Sequence record: LC765218.1
Reading direction: 5' to 3' (one strand)
Origin: Pseudomonas phage BRkr
Length of the DNA stretch: 64,000 bases
Part shown: positions 18,402 to 25,965 of the stretch, in pieces
Layout: each line of letters starts with the position of its first letter
Position numbering within the stretch: position 1 is the stretch's first letter
The notes under the pieces: model-generated
The model's input: the letters and a program-made list of their open reading frames with translations, nothing else
The model's database searches: none
What the model was told of the DNA's origin: nothing
Program-made: the position numbers and the translations under genes

Positions 18402-18404
18402 AGC

Positions 18405-18424
18405 CTATATTACAACTGTGAATA
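18405..18424 (+). promoter_or_regulatory. phiKZ-type early promoter, copy 2 (CTATATTACAACTGTGAATA)
   Basis: Identical over 16 nt to copy 1. Lies 42 nt upstream of the first gene of a cluster of six tiny membrane-protein genes. Confidence 0.65.
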
Positions 18425-18448
18425 TACACCCACATAAAGGACAATGTA

Positions 18449-18658
18449 ATGGCTATTATCACCAATGTATTTGCTTTCGCTATCATCACTCTGTTCATCG
18501 TCTTTTTCCTGAAACAGGGACTTGCGGTCATGGGTGTCAAAACGAACCACCTGCCGATTAAACTGGCTAAAGCTTTCAATGCATCTGGTCCTTTGGCAGC
18601 AATCCTTCTTGCCGTATACTTGATCATGGCAACCTTTTATAACATCTTTCTGAGTTGA
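18449..18658 (+). CDS. Small membrane protein (early)
   Basis: 69-aa ORF 44 nt downstream of early-promoter copy 2. Two hydrophobic helices. RBS AAAGGA. Confidence 0.55.
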   Translation: MAIITNVFAFAIITLFIVFFLKQGLAVMGVKTNHLPIKLAKAFNASGPLAAILLAVYLIMATFYNIFLS

Positions 18659-18662
18659 TACC

Positions 18663-18851
18663 ATGGGATGGATTGTACTGATACTCACCTTCTTCGCTTC
18701 TCTTACGGTTGGAGGTGTAATGACTTTCTATGGCTTGGTAGCTAGCAGTAAAACCTTTTCAGATAGAATCTCTATGGTTCTATTTGGTGTAGTTATTATT
18801 GCTATCACCGGCTATAGTGGATATCATTTATTCGACATGCTTCCAAAATAG
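18663..18851 (+). CDS. Small membrane protein (early)
   Basis: 62-aa ORF with two hydrophobic helices, 4 nt after the previous stop. Confidence 0.5.
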   Translation: MGWIVLILTFFASLTVGGVMTFYGLVASSKTFSDRISMVLFGVVIIAITGYSGYHLFDMLPK

Positions 18852-18859
18852 GAGTTAAC

Positions 18860-19120
18860 ATGGATTTGATGTTTACTAACCCAATAGCGTTTATTTACGG
18901 GACACTTAGCCTTCCTGGACTATTGATCATGACTGGCTATGCTGTATCGTGGTTGTTCGTAATGGGTGTATGCAAGTGGCTTCCTAATTGGAAGTACCTC
19001 TGCATGTTCCTCTGCGTCAGTTGGGCAATTAGCTTTGCGATTTATCTAGTAATGATCATTACGGCCCTGGTTAGCGTGTATACCCCTCTCCAGTTACCGC
19101 CGTGGACGCTCATGAACTAA
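18860..19120 (+). CDS. Small membrane protein (early)
   Basis: 86-aa ORF with RBS AGGAG and hydrophobic helices. Confidence 0.5.
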   Translation: MDLMFTNPIAFIYGTLSLPGLLIMTGYAVSWLFVMGVCKWLPNWKYLCMFLCVSWAISFAIYLVMIITALVSVYTPLQLPPWTLMN

Positions 19121-19133
19121 CAAGGAGTTAATC

Positions 19134-19373
19134 ATGGAAACCATCATGCTGATCTGGTGGATCTCTATTTCGATTATCGCTGGGTCCCTGTTCGTAGCAA
19201 AACTGGTAAAAGATAACGATGATGTTCGTCGAACTCGTTTACCAAAGAAAGATATCATCATGCTCGACCGCATTAATATGATTTGCACTGCTCTCATATG
19301 GGGAGCTGCTATCGTAGCGCTGATCACTCTCTTCTTGGGTGGTCTTTTCATGATGATTGAAGCACAAGTGTAA
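19134..19373 (+). CDS. Small membrane protein (early)
   Basis: 79-aa ORF with RBS AAGGAG and two TM helices. Followed by the bidirectional terminator. Confidence 0.5.
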   Translation: METIMLIWWISISIIAGSLFVAKLVKDNDDVRRTRLPKKDIIMLDRINMICTALIWGAAIVALITLFLGGLFMMIEAQV

Positions 19374-19383
19374 GACGGCATAA

Positions 19384-19427
19384 AGCTCCTACCTTCGGGT
19401 AGGAGCTATGCTTTATTTTTTTTTATT
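19384..19427. terminator. Bidirectional terminator (AGCTCCTACC-TTCG-GGTAGGAGCT). T-run on + side, CTTTATGCCGTC on minus side
   Basis: 10-bp stem with a UUCG loop. Lies between + gene 19134-19373 and minus gene 19423-19845. Confidence 0.7.
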
Positions 19428-19845
19428 TTAATCCAAGATCTTTCTCGATTTGTCTAGCTTGCGATGTACTTTGAATAGCCTTCGACTCTGCAAGTTCAAT
19501 CATGAACAAACAATCATTAAAGGGTAGTTCAAAGAACTCTAGTAAAGATAAACCATAAATGTCATTGATCTTGTAATTGACAAACTTCCGTATCCAAGTT
19601 CTTTCAGGTCCACCTTCTACGACGTTTTCCTTAGGATGCATTCTAACCAGATCTAAAGGATCAGCCTCTGGTGAATCATGATCGAAAATACCGTAGTCTT
19701 TATGGTAGGCCTTCCTGGTCAACATTTCGGCAATAGCTGGCCTTACGGCATCTAGCGTTCGCACGAGTTCATCGAATGCACTCTTACCATTAACAGTCTT
19801 GCGACCGAAAGAGTTCATTGTAACGTGCCCGTTGTCGTCCTCCAA
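19423..19845 (-). CDS. Hypothetical protein
   Basis: 140-aa minus-strand ORF. The ORF-track start is a TTG, and an internal ATG (MNSFGRK…) is an alternative. The stop lies in the T-run of the bidirectional terminator. Confidence 0.5.
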   Translation of the reverse strand: MEDDNGHVTMNSFGRKTVNGKSAFDELVRTLDAVRPAIAEMLTRKAYHKDYGIFDHDSPEADPLDLVRMHPKENVVEGGPERTWIRKFVNYKINDIYGLSLLEFFELPFNDCLFMIELAESKAIQSTSQARQIEKDLGLK

Positions 19846-19883
19846 ATTAATTGTTAGACGACTATGCCGGGGGTCCTCGTTGA

Positions 19884-21485
19884 TTACTCCAGGTGCTTGG
19901 CTTTCTGGCCCGCCAACGTGAAAAATATTGCCATCATGTCTAGCGGTACAAGGTGCGGGAAACGTTCGTTGAATGCTTGGCCCTGAGGACCTTTACATTC
20001 TTTGCAGTTATGCGATGGAAGAGCTACCACAGCCAGTACACAAGAGTTAGTATACTCATGTACGGTATCAAAGAACTGCTCCGCGTACTGCGGATCACTC
20101 AGAGTGTTCGCCAGATAATCACTAATGATTTCCTGATCGTCGGAAAGCAGTTGATCTTCGAAGTCTTCTACATCGTCGTCCTTTTCATAGATACCATCTA
20201 CCCAATGAGCATACTGCATGGCGATAGTAGCTTTACTCAGTTTATCAATGTACGCTGAACGTTGAACACCATGTGGCGGTTCGTTAAATGTACCTTGAGA
20301 CATTTCGATCAATGTCTGAGACCACTGAGAAGCAGCCATCTTACGTTGAGCGATAGTCGGGATAGCAAGACGAACACCAATATCACCAAACCAGAATACT
20401 TTCTTACCGCCAATACCGAAACCTTCACGGTAAGCTTTGAAGTCTTCATCCGTAGCAGGTGCAAATTTCTTAGCGATAAATTTACGCTGATCATTACTGA
20501 ATACAGTGTTGTCAAACCAAACGATAGACGACATGTTAAGTTTTGCAGTGATACGAGCCGTACAGTTGTCCGGGTCTGCAATACATGGAACGTCGTAGTT
20601 GAATCCATCAATGTACATTGTAGAAGCTAGGGCATGATGCAGGATAGCTTCATCAAAGATCGATAGTTCATGTTCCAGGTCACTTGGAGTAATGAAGGAC
20701 TTGTTCGATGCAATAACACAAGACAGAGCCAGGTCAGTCATCGCGTTCATCATTACGGAACCAGCGTTAGAGAACGACATACCTTTGGTTTGCATTCCCA
20801 GCCGTAGCTTGATCTGCTGCATTTCTGTTTGCAATGCGACTACTTCAGTAAGTGTCGGAGCACGCAGGCGAAGCCAGATACCCGAACGAGGCATAAACGT
20901 TTCGTATGTCGCACCAAGACCAGATTTCTTGGAGAGGTATGCCAACAGTTCTTCTTTACTGTGTCGTTTATTACGATCGATCTTTTGAGAAGGGCGGCCT
21001 GGTCGAATAAGGTTACCGTTATCATGACCAGTAATACCTTGTTGCCATACAGAACCTTCACGTTCCGTCCCACCGATAGGAGTGGGGTCAAGGTTAGTAT
21101 GGTTCATACCAGCTACTAGAGAAATCAACCAATCTCGGTCACTGCTAGTAGTAGTGAGATCACCTTGGTGCATTCCATTCAATAGCGCCGAGTGACGTTC
21201 CAATACCTGGTTAAAGGTCTTGGGGTTTTCTAGAATGAAACTCATCAAAGAGGTCATACCAGGAATAGCTTCACTAGAACAAGAACGTGTCTCAGTGAAG
21301 TTAACTGGTTTCTGGTCAATTACCAGAGGAGGTAGTTCAGCAGCAGGCGAAGAAGATACTTCTTCCGCAGGTGCGTCCGGTAGAGTGGGACCCGTGGGCC
21401 CCTGTTCTACTTCTGCATCAGCTTGCTGTTCCCAATTACCCTCAGCAGGATAATTGTCTTCTTTATCCATATCAAGCTCTTGCAT
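19884..21485 (-). CDS. Hypothetical large protein with acidic N-terminus
   Basis: 533-aa ORF. On the minus strand the RBS TAAGGTAATACAAAATG is 11 nt downstream of the previous gene's stop. Antisense ORFs 19953-20258 and 20262-20630 on the + strand are rejected. Confidence 0.65.
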   Translation of the reverse strand: MQELDMDKEDNYPAEGNWEQQADAEVEQGPTGPTLPDAPAEEVSSSPAAELPPLVIDQKPVNFTETRSCSSEAIPGMTSLMSFILENPKTFNQVLERHSALLNGMHQGDLTTTSSDRDWLISLVAGMNHTNLDPTPIGGTEREGSVWQQGITGHDNGNLIRPGRPSQKIDRNKRHSKEELLAYLSKKSGLGATYETFMPRSGIWLRLRAPTLTEVVALQTEMQQIKLRLGMQTKGMSFSNAGSVMMNAMTDLALSCVIASNKSFITPSDLEHELSIFDEAILHHALASTMYIDGFNYDVPCIADPDNCTARITAKLNMSSIVWFDNTVFSNDQRKFIAKKFAPATDEDFKAYREGFGIGGKKVFWFGDIGVRLAIPTIAQRKMAASQWSQTLIEMSQGTFNEPPHGVQRSAYIDKLSKATIAMQYAHWVDGIYEKDDDVEDFEDQLLSDDQEIISDYLANTLSDPQYAEQFFDTVHEYTNSCVLAVVALPSHNCKECKGPQGQAFNERFPHLVPLDMMAIFFTLAGQKAKHLE

Positions 21486-21496
21486 TTTGTATTACC

Positions 21497-22093
21497 TTAT
21501 TTCACGAAGGAAACAGTATCAACACCAGCTTCTTGCATCTTAGCAATGAGACCCATCAGCAGTGGTTGAACAGCTGTTTCTACTTTATGTTGGAGATTTG
21601 CGTAACCCAAAGTCAGCTTACCGATTTGATCGAGATCAGCCAGATCAGGTGTACCAGTTTTGTTTACGTGAAGAATACTAAGAGCTTCCAGAGCACTGAT
21701 CATCTGTTCAATATCAGACATGCAGTTTTGCAGATCTTTAGAGAAACCTTCAGGATCACTGAGTTTACTCAGAATTTCTTCACGACGCTCCAGCGCCGGA
21801 ATGATAACAATGGAAGTAGCATTAAGAGCAGCAGCTGTAGTGCGATACAATTCGCGAAGAATGGCCCAGCCATCTTCTTTAATGAGTTGTTGTGCTGCTA
21901 CAGCAGAAACTTCTACAGCTTGGTCCAGTTGTTCTTTCGGGGACAGTGCGGTCATTTGATTGTGCTCCAATTTTGGATTATGGGGGAATATTTTATCAAG
22001 GGCTTCAGAGAGCCGTTTTTCATCTTCAGGAGTTGGTTTTGGATGGTGTATTGTATCCATCAAATTAAACGGCAGCTCACTAAACTTACTCAT
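21497..22093 (-). CDS. Hypothetical protein
   Basis: 198-aa ORF with RBS AGGAG 8 nt upstream on the minus strand. Preferred over the overlapping + ORF 21371-22096, which has Cys/Phe-rich junk composition. Confidence 0.6.
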   Translation of the reverse strand: MSKFSELPFNLMDTIHHPKPTPEDEKRLSEALDKIFPHNPKLEHNQMTALSPKEQLDQAVEVSAVAAQQLIKEDGWAILRELYRTTAAALNATSIVIIPALERREEILSKLSDPEGFSKDLQNCMSDIEQMISALEALSILHVNKTGTPDLADLDQIGKLTLGYANLQHKVETAVQPLLMGLIAKMQEAGVDTVSFVK

Positions 22094-22217
22094 TGAAGCT
22101 CCTAATGGAATAGTGTAGTAACATAGATGTTACAGGAAACGTAACTTTTCACATATTACGAAGACATACCTGCAACATAACCGTATGTTAGATATTCATT
22201 TATACAGGATAATTCCA

Positions 22218-23069
22218 ATGAAAGAAATGCTAGATAGTATCCTCACTCCCCTAGTGATGGAAGAACGAAAAGAAATCATGCTTGAATGCGTAGCTTCCCT
22301 AGAGGAAATGGATTACTCGGCAGCTCTTGATGAACTGCATACCGTTTGCTCTATTGCTGATGACAATGCAGACACTATGATGTTGCTTGGCCGTATCGAC
22401 GATATTATCCGTGTGGCCCATGATCAGGTTCTAGCTGCACACGAAGTTAAAGTATCGGATGAGGCGACACAAGAGCAACGGCTTGCAATTGTCCATACTA
22501 TTTTAGGTTTGCCAAATTATATTCTTCCTGACCAGATTGAGTTGATTCTACAAGGCGATTTCGATAATGAGGAAATTCTTGCTCATCTGGTACCTATGTT
22601 TGAACGCCTTTCTTTCGACGAAGTGTGGCCTTTAATTAATGAAGTATCTGTTTCTTTCATCGATGCTTTAAAAGCGATGGTGCAAGACACTATGATGACG
22701 CGTGGTCACATCGACGAATACATCGCTCCTGTATCCCGTATCCGTGTTCTTAATCGATTGATGAATACCATAGGTCGAGATAAGTTTAGTATGGTTCTCG
22801 AACTGTCTAATTCTGGTATGCGAGTCGGACATGACTGGTTAGAACTCCTTTCTAATAGTCTTGAAAGCCTGGACAATAAGAACGCTCAAGATGCGGCTTA
22901 TGAAATGGTAGGTCTTGCATTCTTCTCTAATCTTCACCTCGATAGTATCTATAGCACTGTTAAAGTTTCTATCGATGAATACACAGAGAACGAGATGGAA
23001 CGTAATATCATGGAACGGGTGATCGACGAGATCAAGCGTAAAATGGGAAAGCTCTATGAAACTGCGTGA
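22218..23069 (+). CDS. Hypothetical protein
   Basis: The ORF track starts at 22185, but that ATG lies inside a TATGTT palindrome. The in-frame ATG at 22218 with upstream AGGA is preferred. Either start is possible. Confidence 0.55.
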   Translation: MKEMLDSILTPLVMEERKEIMLECVASLEEMDYSAALDELHTVCSIADDNADTMMLLGRIDDIIRVAHDQVLAAHEVKVSDEATQEQRLAIVHTILGLPNYILPDQIELILQGDFDNEEILAHLVPMFERLSFDEVWPLINEVSVSFIDALKAMVQDTMMTRGHIDEYIAPVSRIRVLNRLMNTIGRDKFSMVLELSNSGMRVGHDWLELLSNSLESLDNKNAQDAAYEMVGLAFFSNLHLDSIYSTVKVSIDEYTENEMERNIMERVIDEIKRKMGKLYETA

Positions 23070-24399
23070 TTATTTCCTTTTAGGAATTAAAGCTGGTCTA
23101 TGTAAAAAACGTGCATGGATGAACAGTCTGTTCAACATCGTTTATAATAACGATGATATTCCTAACATGCCTTATAAGCCACATTTTGGTGAAGGCCGAA
23201 TGTGGTTCTACATGCCGAATGGCGATGAGAAAATTTTCATCGATGATTACATCGAAGGTCGAGCTCCTTTACACTTCCGTGATGAATTCATTTTACAACC
23301 GGGTGAAATAGAAAACTACAAAGGTACTGAACCGTTACGTACTACGTATGGTAATGTATTCGTTAACTACCTCTGTCTGGTCCTTCCGTTCGGGGATATC
23401 TTCCCATTTCAGACAGGATATTTCTCACCTGCTAAAATTGAGAATGAGCTGCTAGATAGACTGATTGACGACCGTGAAGATGGTAACGTCACTGAACGAG
23501 CACCGGATGGTAAGATCTACGTTTGGCAATATCTAATGTTTGCGGATCATTGTCTAGCTATTCCCGCTTACGCAGATAGCCTTGTTACTTCTGTTACACG
23601 TAAATCGATGACTGCTCACCCAGACAGAGATAAAGTACGTACAGCTCTTTTGGAACAATATAAAGATCAATTAACTGACCCAGCTATTGTTGCAAAAATA
23701 GGTAACGAACTTATTAAGATGGATGAAGAGTATCTATCTGACGATGAGTCGTATGAGTTCTATGATGCAAAACATGCTAAGCTATTCGGCGGTGTTCGTA
23801 AGAAAGTTCACTATCTATTTGGTGGTGAATCTCCGTTCTCGGATGGTACGTCGGTTGAACTTATCTCTAAGTCACTTGAAGAAGGCATTGATACAGATCA
23901 CATGCCTGTGATGAACAACTCTCTTCGTTATGGTTCTTATAACCGTGGTGCTCAGACTGCATTGGGTGGCGAGTCCACCAAGACTATTTATCGAATGGTC
24001 GGTACAGTCCGAATTATAGAACCTGACTGTAAAACACATATTGGTGTTCCAACGCGAGTAGATAAGTTTAATGCTAAAGAACTCGTTGGTTACACTATGG
24101 TTAAGGATGGAGAATCCATTCTTATTACCTCTGAAAACATTGATGGACTCATGGGTCAAATTATCGATGTACGCGGTCCAATGACGTGTAAGTCTGGACG
24201 TGACATTGAAAAGGGTATCCTTGGACGAGATAAGAATATCTGTGCTACTTGTGCGGGTAAAGCTCTTGCTGAGAACCCCAACGGTATTCCTGCTGCGGCA
24301 GCTGGTGTGGGTGGACGCTTCTTGAGTATCTTCATGTCGAAGATGCACAGTGCTACTCTGAAGACTGTTAAATGGGACCCGGTCCGTCGTCTTTCTTAA
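23056..24399 (+). CDS. Second multisubunit RNA polymerase beta-prime paralog, middle fragment (bridge helix to start of trigger loop)
   Basis: YNRGAQTALGGESTKTIYRMVGTVRIIEPDCKTHIG matches E. coli [43 protein letters not shown] (bridge helix). VRGPMTCKSGRD…NICATCAGKALAENPNGIPAAAAGVGGRFLSIF matches [25 protein letters not shown]…[25 protein letters not shown]. The ORF ends shortly after. Confidence 0.75.
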   Translation: MKLRDYFLLGIKAGLCKKRAWMNSLFNIVYNNDDIPNMPYKPHFGEGRMWFYMPNGDEKIFIDDYIEGRAPLHFRDEFILQPGEIENYKGTEPLRTTYGNVFVNYLCLVLPFGDIFPFQTGYFSPAKIENELLDRLIDDREDGNVTERAPDGKIYVWQYLMFADHCLAIPAYADSLVTSVTRKSMTAHPDRDKVRTALLEQYKDQLTDPAIVAKIGNELIKMDEEYLSDDESYEFYDAKHAKLFGGVRKKVHYLFGGESPFSDGTSVELISKSLEEGIDTDHMPVMNNSLRYGSYNRGAQTALGGESTKTIYRMVGTVRIIEPDCKTHIGVPTRVDKFNAKELVGYTMVKDGESILITSENIDGLMGQIIDVRGPMTCKSGRDIEKGILGRDKNICATCAGKALAENPNGIPAAAAGVGGRFLSIFMSKMHSATLKTVKWDPVRRLS

Positions 24400-24404
24400 G
24401 ACAA

Positions 24405-24427
24405 AGGGGAATCTTACCAATTCCCCT
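24405..24427 (+). terminator. Terminator hairpin AGGGGAAT-CTTACCA-ATTCCCCT after second beta-prime fragment
   Basis: 8-bp stem followed by AATTCTTTG. Confidence 0.5.
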
Positions 24428-24461
24428 AATTCTTTGACTATTCACAAACTAGGAAATCCCC

Positions 24462-25892
24462 ATGGCTAAAAATCGAAATCGTGGTTTCTCTATTCCTACC
24501 GTAGCTAAACTGGTAGAACCTGTTACTCCCGTTATTCCGGAAACTCCCCAAGAGACACCGGTTGAATACGGTCCCCTTTCTATTGAAGAACTACAAGCTG
24601 CTTTCGAAGGTCATGATGACAACGAAGTAGCAGCACTCGTAGCTCCTGTTCTAGCTGCACTTCATCGTGATGCGTTCTATGATGACGATGGTCGGATGCT
24701 GACTTGCGGTGAAGTTGTTGATAAGTTCGATACCGATGTTGAATCTGAAGCCGAAGCTGAAGACAGTGGTGACCCTAAAGGAGAAGAAGAAAGTGATCTC
24801 GAAGAGACTACTGATCTTCCTCCGGAAGGTGAAACCGAAGAAGAGCTGGCTGATCCAGAACCTACCCCCGCTCTGGTCGATCTGCTTCGAGAAGAAGCTA
24901 CCGCAGCTATTTCTGAACCTGAAGTAGTTGAGGAAGTCAAGCCTCTCGTTGATACTCCTGTATCGGGTTGGACTAAAGAAGAACTCGAACTGTATATCAA
25001 AGGCGAGCTTGTTGAAGATGTTCGTTACAATGTTCTGAAGGAAGCTATTGTTGAACATCAACGCCGTGAAGCTACTCTTGATCTAGCCTGGAATCCACAG
25101 CAATGTAAAGAGTTCCTTGTCAGTGGTATTGTTCCTGACAAAACTTCTAAAGGTGCTTGGAAATCCGACATCACTCGTTTTGCACGTAAAGCAACTCAAT
25201 GGACCACACAAGAACTTGAAAGCTGGGCTCTTGGTGAGATTCGCCCAGAGGGTTCTACCAGTGAACCCGCACTGGCCGTTGAACTGAAAGAACGTTTGAT
25301 GTTGGTTAGTAAGAGCAATGCTCCTGAAGATGTCATCCTGGCTTATAAAGCTCAAACCGGACAGACAACTCAGACTACCCATTTGACCGGAACTATTCCG
25401 ACTGCGGCTGCTCCGAAAGTAGATGTCGAAGCTGTTCGTATCCAACTCTCCTACGAAGGACTTACCGAAGTGAACCAAACTTACATTGAAGAAACTCTCA
25501 AGAAATACAAAGAAATTTGTGCTCCGGGTAAACCACTGACTCCGCAAACTGGTGTCATGGCGCAGAAACAACTGGATAACGTTATTCGTTATGTTATCAA
25601 TCTCGAAGATCCAGTTGGCTTTAAGAACGGTATGGAAATTATTCGGAAATTCATCACCGAAAACCGTAAGTCTCCTGGCCTGTTCGATGATAGCCATGCA
25701 TTCCGTTTCACTGATGGTTTGAGTGTTCAAGGTGGTGTACAAGAATCGCACATTCAGATCCTGACTCTGTTCTTCATCTTCGCCGATGAGAACAAAGAAG
25801 CGCGGACCCAGTACGATGTTCCTAGTCTGGTATCCCTCTTCCCGACTAAGCGTCAACCTCTCCTGCTTCAGTACTTCCAACAAGTACAGTAA
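24462..25892 (+). CDS. Hypothetical protein with acidic N-terminal region
   Basis: 476-aa ORF following the terminator at 24405-24427. The N-terminal half has a Glu/Asp/Pro/Thr-rich low-complexity region. Confidence 0.6.
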   Translation: MAKNRNRGFSIPTVAKLVEPVTPVIPETPQETPVEYGPLSIEELQAAFEGHDDNEVAALVAPVLAALHRDAFYDDDGRMLTCGEVVDKFDTDVESEAEAEDSGDPKGEEESDLEETTDLPPEGETEEELADPEPTPALVDLLREEATAAISEPEVVEEVKPLVDTPVSGWTKEELELYIKGELVEDVRYNVLKEAIVEHQRREATLDLAWNPQQCKEFLVSGIVPDKTSKGAWKSDITRFARKATQWTTQELESWALGEIRPEGSTSEPALAVELKERLMLVSKSNAPEDVILAYKAQTGQTTQTTHLTGTIPTAAAPKVDVEAVRIQLSYEGLTEVNQTYIEETLKKYKEICAPGKPLTPQTGVMAQKQLDNVIRYVINLEDPVGFKNGMEIIRKFITENRKSPGLFDDSHAFRFTDGLSVQGGVQESHIQILTLFFIFADENKEARTQYDVPSLVSLFPTKRQPLLLQYFQQVQ

Positions 25893-25899
25893 ACATAAC

Positions 25900-25919
25900 G
25901 CCCTCCCTTCAGGGAGGGC
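25900..25919 (+). terminator. Class-B terminator: GCCCTCCC-TTCA-GGGAGGGC + CTTTATGCCGGC (preceded by AACATAAC)
   Basis: Perfect 8-bp stem. TATG lies 44 nt upstream of gene 25966. Confidence 0.65.
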
Positions 25920-25965
25920 TTTATGCCGGCAATGGTATAGGTTTTAAGAAAGAACAGGATTACAT

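Noticed and set aside
21371-22096. 241-aa + strand ORF
   Set aside because: It overlaps minus-strand gene 21497-22093, which has an AGGAG RBS and sits in an operon with 19884-21485. The + ORF translation is Cys/Phe-rich with no start context.
23860-23960. MNNSLRYGSY resembling DNA-polymerase motif B (KxxxNSxYG) near the truncated polymerase
   Set aside because: In context it aligns to the RNAP beta-prime bridge-helix region (…[25 protein letters not shown]…) of ORF 23056-24399, not to a DNA polymerase palm.
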